From Dehalococcoidia bacterium (GTDB lineage Bacteria; Chloroflexota; Dehalococcoidia; UBA2979): DNA of 64,000 nt. Below, piece after piece: positions 17,479 to 27,527 of this stretch (position 1 is its first letter; each line of letters opens with the position of its first letter). Both the position numbers and the translations under genes were made by a program. The DNA lies in assembly GCA_964291495.2 (NCBI GenBank), contig OZ219867.1, forward strand, positions 71,365-135,364, given 5' to 3'. Under the pieces are notes generated by a model. It saw only the letters and a program-made list of their open reading frames with translations. It was not told where the DNA came from and did no database searches.

Positions 17479-18567
17479 ATGCGAGCCGCAGTCTTCCACG
17501 CCCCTAACGATGCGCTCACCGTCGAGGACATCGACCTCGACGAGCCGCGCGGCAACGAGGTCGTCGTTCGCACCGGCGCGAGCGGCGTGTGCCACTCCGA
17601 CCTGCACTTCGTTGATGGCTTCTACTCGATGGTCACGCCTGCCGTGCTCGGCCACGAGGGGGCCGGCGTCGTCGAGGCGGTCGGCGAGGACGTCACGATG
17701 TTTGCCCCGGGCGACCGCGTGATCGCCTGCCTCTCGATCTTCTGCGGCAACTGCGACCGCTGTCTCGGTGGCGAGCCGTTCCTCTGCATGCAGCGCCCGC
17801 TTCGCGGGCCCGGCGACGAACCGGCGCTGAGCTGGAAGGGCGGCGGCCTGACGCAGATGGCCGGCCTCGCCACCTACGCAGAGCGGATGCTGGTCCACCA
17901 GAACGCCCTCGTGAAGGTCGAGGCGGACATCGGGGTCGACCGCATGGCGCTGATCGGCTGCGGCGTCACCACCGGCCTCGGCGCGGTGCTCAACACCGCG
18001 GGCATCGAGGTCGGCTCGACGGTCGCGGTCTTCGGCGCGGGTGGGGTTGGTCTGGCCGCGATCCAGGGGGCGCGCATCGGCGGCGCGCGCACGATCATCG
18101 CCGTCGATGTGCACGAGTCGAAGCTGGCGACCGCACGCGAGCTGGGCGCCACGCACTCCGTCGACGCCTCCTCGCGTGACCCGGTGGAGGCGATCAAGCG
18201 CATCGTCCCCGGCGGGGTGGACTACACCTTCGAGGCGATCGGTCTGAAGGTGGCCGCCGAGCAGTGCTACGAGGCGATCCGCCGCGGCGGCACGGCGACG
18301 GTGATCGGGATGATCCCGCAGGGTACGAAGCTGGAGATCGACGGCCCCAGCCTGCTGGGCGCCAAGAAGCTGCAGGGTTCGAGCATGGGCTCCAACCGCT
18401 TCCGCATCGACATGCCGCGCTACGTCGACTGGTACCTCCAGGGCCGCCTGTTGCTCGACGAGATGATCACTCGCCGCGGCAAGCTCGAGGACATCAACGA
18501 GGCGTTCCGGGCGATGAAGGCGGGCGAGGTCGCCCGCAGCGTCCTGATGTTCGACGAGGAGGCGTAG
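17479..18567 (+). CDS. Zn-dependent alcohol dehydrogenase (MDR), copy 2
   Basis: Same motifs; 23 aa differences from copy 1 over 362 aa (manual count). Confidence 0.95.
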   Translation: MRAAVFHAPNDALTVEDIDLDEPRGNEVVVRTGASGVCHSDLHFVDGFYSMVTPAVLGHEGAGVVEAVGEDVTMFAPGDRVIACLSIFCGNCDRCLGGEPFLCMQRPLRGPGDEPALSWKGGGLTQMAGLATYAERMLVHQNALVKVEADIGVDRMALIGCGVTTGLGAVLNTAGIEVGSTVAVFGAGGVGLAAIQGARIGGARTIIAVDVHESKLATARELGATHSVDASSRDPVEAIKRIVPGGVDYTFEAIGLKVAAEQCYEAIRRGGTATVIGMIPQGTKLEIDGPSLLGAKKLQGSSMGSNRFRIDMPRYVDWYLQGRLLLDEMITRRGKLEDINEAFRAMKAGEVARSVLMFDEEA

Positions 18568-18569
18568 GC

Positions 18570-19757
18570 GTGGCCGACGCTTCCGCCCCGGGCGCCCTCG
18601 AGGGCATCCGCGTCGTCGAGATCGCGAGCGGCGGCGCCGTCGCCTACGCGGCGCAGCTCCTCGCCCAGTCCGGTGCGGAGGTGATCCGCATCGAGCCGCC
18701 CGGCGGCGACGCCATTCGCCGCGCCGGTCCCTTCCCCGGCGACGAGTTCGCCCTCGACGGCGGCGGGCTGCACCGCCTGCTCAACGGCGGCAAGCGCAGC
18801 GTCGCGCTCGACATCACCAGCGAGGCGGGAGCGCGCTTCGCGGGCAAGCTCGTCGCAACCAGCCAGCTCGTGATCGCGAACTGGCAGACCCCGGCCGCCT
18901 CGCCGCTCCCGCTCGCCGACAGCGAGGCGATGGCCGAGCGCTTCCCCGACACGATCTACGTCTCGATCAGCCCCTTCGGGCGGACCGGACCGTACGCCGA
19001 CCGCAAGGCGGACAGCCTGATCATCGAGAGCGCCGCCGGCATGTCCTACGTCAGCGGCAAGCCGGACCGCGAGCCGATGGCCTCGGGCGTCGAGGTCGCC
19101 GAGTACTACGCGGCGGCAATGGGCTGGATCGCCGGCCTCGCCGCCCTCGCCGACAAGGAGGCGGGCGTCGAGCACCACTTCGTGGATGTCTCGATGCACG
19201 AGGCGCTCTCGGCCGCGGATGACCACAACCTGCCGGTCTACATCGGGACCGGCGCGATCCGCCGCCGCTACTACTCACGGGTGCTGATCATCTACCCCTC
19301 GGACTCGCTGCCGGTGAAGGACGGCTACGTTGCCTTCGTCCTCGCGGGCTTCGATGTCGGCGGGATGATCGCCGAGCTGATCGAGGAGCCGGAACAGGCG
19401 ACGAACCCGATCGTCGCGAACGGACAGGAGCGCCTGCTCAACTGGCAGGAGTTCGACGAGATCGTCGGCCCCTGGATGAAGTCGCACACCAAGGCCGAGG
19501 TGCTCCAGCGCTCCGACGAGATCGGGCTGGCCTTCGCCGACGTCGCGACCACCGAGGACCTCGTGAGCGACCCGCACCTCGCGGAGCGCGACTACTGGGA
19601 GACCCTGCCGGACGGCGGGATCGTGCCCGGCCCGACCGTGCGCTTCTCCGAGACCCCGCTGCGCGTCGCGCCCCCGCCGGACCTCGGCGAGGGCACCGCG
19701 GAGCTGCTTGAGCTCGACGGACAGAGCGCGGCGCTGCTGTGGCGAGAGGAGGCGTAG
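18570..19757 (+). CDS. Class III CoA-transferase, partner subunit (Asp replaced by Glu)
   Basis: LEGIRVVE, NGGKRSVALD, VAEYYAA; close paralog of 8433-9584; GTG start 18570. Confidence 0.9.
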   Translation: MADASAPGALEGIRVVEIASGGAVAYAAQLLAQSGAEVIRIEPPGGDAIRRAGPFPGDEFALDGGGLHRLLNGGKRSVALDITSEAGARFAGKLVATSQLVIANWQTPAASPLPLADSEAMAERFPDTIYVSISPFGRTGPYADRKADSLIIESAAGMSYVSGKPDREPMASGVEVAEYYAAAMGWIAGLAALADKEAGVEHHFVDVSMHEALSAADDHNLPVYIGTGAIRRRYYSRVLIIYPSDSLPVKDGYVAFVLAGFDVGGMIAELIEEPEQATNPIVANGQERLLNWQEFDEIVGPWMKSHTKAEVLQRSDEIGLAFADVATTEDLVSDPHLAERDYWETLPDGGIVPGPTVRFSETPLRVAPPPDLGEGTAELLELDGQSAALLWREEA

Positions 19758-19759
19758 CC

Positions 19760-21109
19760 GTGCGCTTCTTCGAAGGCCTCAAGGTGGTCGACCTGACGCA
19801 GGTCTGGATCGGCCCGATGATGACGAGGATTCTCCGCGACCTCGGCGCCAACGTGATCAAGATCGAGCGCACGGACACGCCGGACCAGGTGCGCTCCGGC
19901 TTCCTCGCGGGCAATAACGCGAGCGGCGACTTCTGGAACAACCGCTCGCAGTACTTCGCCGCCCGCAACGCGGGCAAGCGCGCGATGCAGCTCGACCTGC
20001 GCAGCGAGCAGGGCCGCGAGATCCTGATGCAACTGCTCGAGGACGCCGACATCCTCGCGGAGAACTTCACGCCCGGCGCGATCCGGCGCATGGGCCTCGG
20101 CTACGAGGACCTGAAGGAGCGCTTCCCGCGCCTCGTCTACGTCTCGATGAGCGGCTACGGGCAGGAGGGTCCGCTCGCCCACCGCAAGGCCGTGGGGATG
20201 AGCATGGAGCCCTCCGCGGGCGCGGTCGCCGTGACCGGCTATCCGGGCGACGACCCGCTCAAGACCGGGCAGACCTGGGTGGACCACTACGCCGGACTGC
20301 ACGCCTGCGCCGCCGTGATCACCGCGCTGATCTACCGTCAGCGCAGCGGACGCGGCCAGTACGTCGACATCTCGATGCAGGAGGCGACGATCCCGACGCT
20401 CGGCCGGCACCTCGCCGACTACTTGCTCAACGGCCGCGTCAAGGTGGGCGGCGACGGCAACCGCCGCCCCGGCATGGTGCGCGGGGCCTACCCCTGCGAG
20501 GGTGACGACAACTACGTCGCCGTCTCCGCGCGCGACGAGGCGCAGTGGATCGCCCTCTGCGGCGTCCTCGGCAGCGACGAGTGGCGCGAGGACTCGCGCT
20601 TCGCGAGCGCCGACGCGCGCTGGGCGAACCACGACGCACTCGACGAGTTGATCGCCGCCTGGACCTCCTCGCGCGACAAGTTCGAGGTGGCCGAGGCGCT
20701 GCAGGCGGCGGGCGTCGCGGCCGGCGCGGTGCTACAGGCGCCCGAGGTGCTCGCAGACCCGCAACTCACCGCTCGCGGGTTCTGGGACCAGTTGGAGCTG
20801 ACCGGTTGGGGCGAGGTGCCGGTGCAGCGCTACTTCTCGCCGCACATCGACGGCGAGTCGTTCGGCGCGAGGGGCCGCGGCCCGCACCTGGGCGAGCACA
20901 CCGACGAGCTGCTGCGCGAGCTCGGCGCGAGCGACGAGGAGATCGCGGAGCTGCGCGAGGCGGGCGCCGTCGTCGGCCACCCGGTCGCCCTCGACAACGA
21001 CTTCGCGCGTGACGCTGTCACGATGCGCCTGGACCCGTACATCGAGCTCGGCTCGGTGCTGCGCGTCGACGAGGACTTCCGCGAGCGGGTGGCGCGCGGG
21101 GCGGGGTAG
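19760..21109 (+). CDS. Class III CoA-transferase, Asp-containing subunit
   Basis: LKVVDLTQVWIGP, QTWVDHYAG; close paralog of 7069-8436. Confidence 0.92.
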   Translation: MRFFEGLKVVDLTQVWIGPMMTRILRDLGANVIKIERTDTPDQVRSGFLAGNNASGDFWNNRSQYFAARNAGKRAMQLDLRSEQGREILMQLLEDADILAENFTPGAIRRMGLGYEDLKERFPRLVYVSMSGYGQEGPLAHRKAVGMSMEPSAGAVAVTGYPGDDPLKTGQTWVDHYAGLHACAAVITALIYRQRSGRGQYVDISMQEATIPTLGRHLADYLLNGRVKVGGDGNRRPGMVRGAYPCEGDDNYVAVSARDEAQWIALCGVLGSDEWREDSRFASADARWANHDALDELIAAWTSSRDKFEVAEALQAAGVAAGAVLQAPEVLADPQLTARGFWDQLELTGWGEVPVQRYFSPHIDGESFGARGRGPHLGEHTDELLRELGASDEEIAELREAGAVVGHPVALDNDFARDAVTMRLDPYIELGSVLRVDEDFRERVARGAG

Positions 21110-21135
21110 CGCGGGGGCTTCTGGGCAGTCTGGCC

Positions 21136-21387
21136 TCAGGTGGGGCGTTGACCGGTGAACGTCCACTCATCCTCTTCGGTGTCGAGATCACGGGGACGAT
21201 CGAGGTCGCAGCCGGGGCGGGGTCGGGAGCCGGGCACGGTCACGAGGTGGAAAGGCGGCGGCTCCCGCCGCCTCAGGGCGTCCCGCAGCACACCAGCAAC
21301 GAAGGCGCTGACGCTGCAGCCCTGCGCCGCGGCCTCACGCCGCACCTGTCCGGCCAGTTGATCGTCGAGCGAGATGGTCATCCTCAT
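21136..21387 (-). CDS. Ribbon-helix-helix (CopG/VapB-like) antitoxin-type protein, orphan
   Basis: MRMTISLDDQL...SVSAFVAGVLRDAL RHH followed by a VapB-like PFHLVTVPG...PGCDLD tail; TATGAT 7 nt before ATG. Confidence 0.72.
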   Translation of the reverse strand: MRMTISLDDQLAGQVRREAAAQGCSVSAFVAGVLRDALRRREPPPFHLVTVPGSRPRPGCDLDRPRDLDTEEDEWTFTGQRPT

Positions 21388-21426
21388 AGCGCCGATCATA
21401 CCGGTGATGCGTAACTCGATACGAGA

Positions 21427-22155
21427 CTAGGACTGCTCGCCGATCTCGAAGCGCTGCAGGAAGCGCACGCCGACCGCAAGCGCGACGACGACAACGACCA
21501 GCGACGCGATCAACGCCTCGGAGCCATCGAGTCTGGCGGTCACCTCGGGCGCCGTCGTGATCGCGTCACTGATCCCGATGACGTACTCGCGGACGCTGAT
21601 CCAGCGCGTGCCCTCGAAGAGGTTCGTGATGAACGCCTCCCATACGAAGACGTAGACGAGGCCGATGATCAGCGCGCGGCCGGTGATCGTGCTGAGACCG
21701 ACGAACAGCGTGCTGTAGACGATGCTGCCGGCGATCGTGGCAACCACCGCGGCCAGCCAGAGTGAGTCGCTGCCGAGGCCCTCGAGCGCGATCAGGATCA
21801 TAATCAGCGTCGCGGGGACGGTCAGGACGATCGTCGCGAAGGAGGCGACGACAGCCTTCGCCACGACGACGCGCCAGCGCGCGATCGGCCGGGCGAGCAG
21901 GTAGACGATCGTCCCGTCCTCGACCTCGGAGCCGAGCGCCGCCGTCCCGAACACCAGCGCGCCGATCGGCAGCAGGAGCGTGAAGACGAACCCGCCGATC
22001 ATGTCGATGGTGAAGCCGGAGGCGCCCTCGGTGTCACCGGCGAGGCGGTAGAGCAGCGTGATCACGATCGGAATGAGCGCGAGCAGGGCGATCATGATCG
22101 CTCGCCGCCGCCCGAGCAGCTGGTGCGCCGTCAGCATGAGCAGGGTACGCGTCAT
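21427..22155 (-). CDS. ABC-2 type transporter permease
   Basis: Six TM segments, EVEDGTIVYLLARPIARW motif; start ATG 22155 overlaps the ATPase stop. Confidence 0.88.
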   Translation of the reverse strand: MTRTLLMLTAHQLLGRRRAIMIALLALIPIVITLLYRLAGDTEGASGFTIDMIGGFVFTLLLPIGALVFGTAALGSEVEDGTIVYLLARPIARWRVVVAKAVVASFATIVLTVPATLIMILIALEGLGSDSLWLAAVVATIAGSIVYSTLFVGLSTITGRALIIGLVYVFVWEAFITNLFEGTRWISVREYVIGISDAITTAPEVTARLDGSEALIASLVVVVVALAVGVRFLQRFEIGEQS

Positions 22156-23081
22156 GATCCCACCAGATACGAGAACACGCTCTCGAGGGACTCGTCCGCG
22201 GGGCGCAGTTCGCGAAGCGTGACGCCGCTGTCGCGTGCCGCGCGCGCAATCGCGGCCGTGAAGGCGCCGAAATCGCTCGTGCGCACGTCCATGCGCCCGT
22301 CGCTGATCTCGATGGCGGCGACGTGGGGCAAGCCGACCAGTGCCGCCGCCAGCGCCCGGTTGTCGCTGGAGCGCAGCTCGAAGGTGTGCGGCCGGTCGGT
22401 CATCAGGTGGCGGATCTGGCGGAAGTCGCCGGAGGCGGCAAGCCGTCCGTTGACAACCACCAGCACGTTCTCGGCGAGGCGCTCGACCTCCTCGAGGATG
22501 TGCGAGGAGAAGAGGATCGTGCAGCCCTCGGCGGCCCTGCGCCGCAGCATCTCCATGAGCTGGAGCCGCTGGCGCGGGTCGGTGCCGTTGAACGGCTCGT
22601 CGAGGATCAGAACGTCCGGGTCGTGGACCAGCGCGGCGGCGATCTTCGCGCGCTGGCGCATCCCCTTCGAGTAGCCGCCCATCGCCCGGTCCTGCGCGTC
22701 CTCCAGCTCGACGAGGGCGACCGCCCGCCGGGCGGCCTCGTGTGGGTCGGGGAGTCCGTGCAGACGCGCGCTGGCGAGAGCGAAGTCGCGGGCGCCGAGG
22801 AACGGATAGATCGCCTCCCGCTCCGGCACGAGGCCGACGCGGCGGAAGATCTCGGTGTTGCGCCACGAGGGCTCGCCCAGCACCTCGACGGCGCCGGCGG
22901 AGGGCCGCAGGAAGCCGGAGATCATGTGCAGCAGCGTGCTCTTGCCCGCGCCGTTGGGACCGAGCAGCCCGGTGATGCCGGGCCCGACGGAGAAGGAGAT
23001 GTCGTTGACCGCGACGACGTCCCCGTACCAGCGCGAGACGTTGCGTACCTCGATCGCGGCGTTCGCCGCCTCGGCCGTCAT
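22152..23081 (-). CDS. ABC transporter ATP-binding protein
   Basis: GPNGAGKST, YSKGMRQR, LILDEP, SSH. Confidence 0.95.
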   Translation of the reverse strand: MTAEAANAAIEVRNVSRWYGDVVAVNDISFSVGPGITGLLGPNGAGKSTLLHMISGFLRPSAGAVEVLGEPSWRNTEIFRRVGLVPEREAIYPFLGARDFALASARLHGLPDPHEAARRAVALVELEDAQDRAMGGYSKGMRQRAKIAAALVHDPDVLILDEPFNGTDPRQRLQLMEMLRRRAAEGCTILFSSHILEEVERLAENVLVVVNGRLAASGDFRQIRHLMTDRPHTFELRSSDNRALAAALVGLPHVAAIEISDGRMDVRTSDFGAFTAAIARAARDSGVTLRELRPADESLESVFSYLVGS

Positions 23082-24001
23082 CAGATCGAGCCCCGGAAGC
23101 GACGGACGACGATCGCCGAGGCGATGGCGGCCCAGGCGAGCGAGGCGAGCGGCCAGACGTAGCCCGGGAAGTCGGCCCAGGCGATCTGGGCGATCGGCTC
23201 ACCCTCGCGCGAAAACTCGTCCACCTCCGGGATCGCGTCGAAGATATAGCCGGTGGACCCCTCCACCACGTGCAAGGGGCTCAGGAAGAGCGACCAGCGC
23301 ACCTGATCGCTGTCGATCTGCGAGACGATGATGCCGACGACCGTGAGGGAGACAAAGAAGATCGCGACCACGCTGATCAGCGCGAAGGCGCGACGCTCGG
23401 CATAGGAGGCGATCAGGATCCCCAGCCCGCCGAACATGACGCAGAGGATCAGGCCGCTCGCGACGAACCGAGGAATGTCGTCTGCGTTGTCGCGCATCCA
23501 GTCGAGGCCGTTCGCTGCGCCGACCGCGTTCCCGGCGAACATCACCACCTGCGGCAGCACGGTCAGCGCGAGCAGGCTGCTGGAAAGCGCCGCGATCTTC
23601 GCCAGCGCGTAGTCGTCACGCTCGATCGGGCGCGAGAAGTAGAGCGCGAGCGTGCGGGAACGCCGGTCGTTGCCGACGAGGTCCGAGGCGATGGCGGCGA
23701 CGAAGATCACGAGGATGAACTGGATCAGGCCGTAGTAGTCCCTCGGCGCGAAGATCTGGAACTCGTCGCTGGACACGACGGCGCCGACGATTAGCGTCAC
23801 CACCGCCGGCGTGAACGCGAACACGACCAGCCCGAAGGCGAGTACCTTCGGCAGTGCGCCGCGTCCGATGCCGAAGGCGTTGCGCACGCTCAGGAGGTAG
23901 AGGGACCAGAGCGCGTAGAGGCGCCCGAGCCGCGGGCCCTCGTAGCCCTGGTACCCGAGGTCGTAGATCGCGCCGCTCGGCGCGGGCTCAGGCGTCGTCA
24001 C
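23081..24001 (-). CDS. ABC transporter permease
   Basis: IYDLGYQGYEGPR N-terminus, LALYFSRPIERDDY, multiple TMs. Confidence 0.88.
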   Translation of the reverse strand: MTTPEPAPSGAIYDLGYQGYEGPRLGRLYALWSLYLLSVRNAFGIGRGALPKVLAFGLVVFAFTPAVVTLIVGAVVSSDEFQIFAPRDYYGLIQFILVIFVAAIASDLVGNDRRSRTLALYFSRPIERDDYALAKIAALSSSLLALTVLPQVVMFAGNAVGAANGLDWMRDNADDIPRFVASGLILCVMFGGLGILIASYAERRAFALISVVAIFFVSLTVVGIIVSQIDSDQVRWSLFLSPLHVVEGSTGYIFDAIPEVDEFSREGEPIAQIAWADFPGYVWPLASLAWAAIASAIVVRRFRGSI

Positions 24002-24914
24002 CGGGCGTCTCCGTGGCGGGCTGGAACAGCTCCTCCAGCGTGCGGCGGCGGCGTTCGAGCCGCACGAGGGGCAGATCGAGCGTCACGACGGCGTCGAGGA
24101 TCGTTTCGTGCACGCCGTCCGCGCCCCCCGCCGAGGCGACCTCGACGGTGCGGCCCAGCGCCTGCACGTCGAGGCCGCGCTCCGTGAGGAGCGCGGCGAG
24201 GCGGTCGGCGTCCCACTCGACCTCGACGGCGAGCACGGCGGTCTCGTCGGTCAACTCGGCGATGCGGCCGGTGCGCATCAGCGCGCCGCTCTCGATTACG
24301 ATCAGCCCCTCGCAGACGCGCTCGATCTCGCTGAGCAGGTGGGAAGACATGATGATCGAGATCCCGAACTCGTTGCCCGTGCGCGCGACGAGATCGAGCA
24401 TCTCGTCGCGGCCCTGCGGATCGAGGCCGTTCGTCGGCTCGTCCAGGAAGAGCAACTCCGGGTCGTGGACGAGCGCCTGCGCGAGCTTGACGCGCTGCTT
24501 CATGCCGGTCGAGTAGCCGCCGATGTGGCGGTAACGCTCCTCGAACAGCCCGACGTGGCGCAGCACCTCGGCGGCGCGCTCGCGGGCGTGCGAGGGCGGG
24601 ATGCCACTCATCCGCGCCATGTGGATCACGAAGTTCGTCGCGGACTGGTCCGGCGGCAGGCAGTCGTGCTCCGGCATGTAGCCGACGCGCTCGCGTACTC
24701 TCAGCCCCTCGCGCGCCGCGTCGAGGCCGAGTACCTCGGCGCTGCCGGAGGTTGCGTCGACGAGGCCGAGCAGGATCTTGATGAGCGTGCTCTTGCCGGC
24801 GCCGTTCGGCCCGACGAGGCCGACGATGCCCGGCTCCACCTCGAGCGAGAGCCCGTCGAGGGCGGTGACGGCGGAGTAGCGCTTGGTGAGGCCCGCGGTC
24901 TCGATCAGCGCCAT
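23988..24914 (-). CDS. ABC transporter ATP-binding protein
   Basis: GPNGAGKST, YSTGMKQR, LFLDEP, SSH. Confidence 0.95.
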   Translation of the reverse strand: MALIETAGLTKRYSAVTALDGLSLEVEPGIVGLVGPNGAGKSTLIKILLGLVDATSGSAEVLGLDAAREGLRVRERVGYMPEHDCLPPDQSATNFVIHMARMSGIPPSHARERAAEVLRHVGLFEERYRHIGGYSTGMKQRVKLAQALVHDPELLFLDEPTNGLDPQGRDEMLDLVARTGNEFGISIIMSSHLLSEIERVCEGLIVIESGALMRTGRIAELTDETAVLAVEVEWDADRLAALLTERGLDVQALGRTVEVASAGGADGVHETILDAVVTLDLPLVRLERRRRTLEELFQPATETPGDDA

Positions 24915-24971
24915 CGGTTCGCTTTCGCCGCGCGATCACTATGAGGCTCGGGAGCCTGTTGCACAAACGGG

Positions 24972-25751
24972 TCAGACAAAGAACGAGCCGCAGTTCACGT
25001 CCAGCGACTGGCCGGTGATCGCCCTCGAACGATCCGAGGCGAAGAAGACGACTGCCTCCGCGATCTCGGCGGGCGTGGCGATGCGGTTGAGCGCGGCCTC
25101 CGAGGCCACCTCGTCGTGGATGGTCTGGTAGTCCACGCCGCGTTCCTCCGCGAGCTGCTCGAACCAGACCCGGAGCCCCTCGCCCATGATGCCGGCGGGG
25201 ACGACGGTGTTGACGCGGATGTTGTCCCCGCCCAGCTCGAGGGCGAGCGTCTGCGAGGCGGCGAGCAGCGCGGCCTTGGACGCGGCGTAGGGGCCGTGGC
25301 CACGCAGCGCCTGGCGCATCGAGACGGTGCTGATCATCACGATCGAGCCCCCGCCGCCCTCGCGCATCGCCGGGATGACGGCCTGGGTTATGCCAAGCGT
25401 GCCGACGAGGTTGATGCGGATCGGGAGCTGCAGCTGCCGCTCGGTCGCCTCGGCCAGCGGCACCTCGTGGCCGCCGCTGGCGGCGTTGTTGACGAGCACG
25501 TCGATGCGCCCGAACTCCTCGAGCGTGCGCTCGACGAGGTTGCGGCACTGGTCGGCGTCGGCGACGTTCGTCGGGACGCAGAGCGTGCGCCGGCCGAGCT
25601 CGCGGACCTCGGCGGCGACGGCTTCGAGCCTCGCCTCGGTGCGGGCGGCGAGCACGATGTCGGCGCCGTCGCGCGCGCAGGCGAGCGAGATGTCGCGACC
25701 CATGCCGGGCCCGATGCCCGAGACGACGACAATCTTGTCTTCGAGGATCAC
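24972..25751 (-). CDS. Short-chain dehydrogenase/reductase, copy A
   Basis: SGIGPGMG, LVNNA, YAASK. Confidence 0.93.
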   Translation of the reverse strand: MILEDKIVVVSGIGPGMGRDISLACARDGADIVLAARTEARLEAVAAEVRELGRRTLCVPTNVADADQCRNLVERTLEEFGRIDVLVNNAASGGHEVPLAEATERQLQLPIRINLVGTLGITQAVIPAMREGGGGSIVMISTVSMRQALRGHGPYAASKAALLAASQTLALELGGDNIRVNTVVPAGIMGEGLRVWFEQLAEERGVDYQTIHDEVASEAALNRIATPAEIAEAVVFFASDRSRAITGQSLDVNCGSFFV

Positions 25752-25775
25752 GGCGCCGTCAGCGGCCCCGTCGCC

Positions 25776-26555
25776 TCATACGAAGAACGAGCCGCAGTTC
25801 ACGTCGAGGGACTGGCCCGTGATCGCCCTCGAGCGGTCGGAGGCGAAGAAGACGACCGCCTCTGCGATCTCGGCGGAGGTGGCGATGCGGTTGAGGGCGG
25901 ACTCCGCGGCGCGCTCATCGTGGATGGTCTCGTAGTCAACACCGCGTTCCTCGGCCAGCTGGTGGAACCAGTAGCGCAGCGCGTCGCCCATGATGTAGCT
26001 CGGCACGACGGTGTTCACGCGGATGTTGTCCTGGCCAAGCTCGAGGGCGAGGGTCTGCGCGGCCGTCATCAGCGCGGCCTTGGATGCGGCGTAGGTGCCG
26101 CGGCCGCGCTGGATGCGTCGCATCGCCAGCGTGCCTGTGATCACGATTGAGCCGCCGCCACCCTCGCGCATCGCCGGGATGACGGCCTGCGTCATGTTCA
26201 TCGTGCCGCCGAGGTTGATGCGGATCGCGTGCTGGATCTGCCGCTCGGTCGCCTCGGCGAGCTCCACCTCGTGGCCGCCGGTGGCGGCGTTGTTGACGAG
26301 CACGTCGATGCGCCCGAACTCCTCGAGCGTGCGCTCGACGAGGTTGCGGCACTGATCGGCGTCCGTGACGTTGGTGGGGACGCAGAGCGTGCGCCGGCCG
26401 AGCTCGCGGACCTCGGCGGCGACGGCCTCGAGCGTCGCCTCGGTGCGGGCGGCGAGCACGATGTTGGCGCCGTCGCGCGCGCAGGCGAGCGAGATGTCGC
26501 GGCCCATGCCGGGGCCGATGCCTGAGACGATGACGATCTTGTCTTCGAGCATCAC
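25776..26555 (-). CDS. Short-chain dehydrogenase/reductase, copy B
   Basis: SGIGPGMG, LVNNA, YAASK; tandem paralog of copy A. Confidence 0.93.
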   Translation of the reverse strand: MMLEDKIVIVSGIGPGMGRDISLACARDGANIVLAARTEATLEAVAAEVRELGRRTLCVPTNVTDADQCRNLVERTLEEFGRIDVLVNNAATGGHEVELAEATERQIQHAIRINLGGTMNMTQAVIPAMREGGGGSIVITGTLAMRRIQRGRGTYAASKAALMTAAQTLALELGQDNIRVNTVVPSYIMGDALRYWFHQLAEERGVDYETIHDERAAESALNRIATSAEIAEAVVFFASDRSRAITGQSLDVNCGSFFV

Positions 26556-26606
26556 TGCGCCCGCGGCTCCGCGCCGCGCACTGCCGTCGAGGCCGTCGCG
26601 AAGCTG

Positions 26607-27011
<405 letters not shown>

Positions 27012-27284
27012 AGAACCTTCACCCCTCGTCGGCCCACGCCGACACTCGCTCGTGCCCGTGCGGACACGCCCTTCTGAATCTCAGCTACTACCAGGGAACC
27101 GTTACAACCAGGGAAGGTGCCGTCCACGGGCGCGATTGCTGAGTGGCGCCATCCGGACGCCGCGAACAGGGTAACACCCTCCCGCACAGTGTCGAGCGCG
27201 CCCCGCCGGCGGGCTCCGCGGATCGATGGCTGCCGCCTGCGCGCGCATGCGCTACGCTGCGGCGCGCGTCACGAGGGAGCCGCC

Positions 27285-27509
27285 ATGCCCGTCGTTCAAG
27301 TCCTCAGCCCCTGGCCCGGACGGGTCGCCGAACTGCACGTCGAGACGGGGGCCGATGTCACCGCCGGTCAGGACCTCGTGACCATCGAGTCGATGAAGGT
27401 GCTCACGCCGGTGTCCTCGGAGCACGACGGCCGCGTCACCGCGATGCACGTCGAGGTCAACTCGTTCGTCGACGAGCGCGACCCGCTCGTCAGCATCGAG
27501 ATTCCGTAG
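27285..27509 (+). CDS. Stand-alone biotin/lipoyl carrier domain protein
   Basis: SPWPGRV...IESMKV...SEHDGRV biotinyl-domain motif; RBS GAGGGAG. Confidence 0.85.
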   Translation: MPVVQVLSPWPGRVAELHVETGADVTAGQDLVTIESMKVLTPVSSEHDGRVTAMHVEVNSFVDERDPLVSIEIP

Positions 27510-27527
27510 CGGGCAGGGGCGCCCTCG

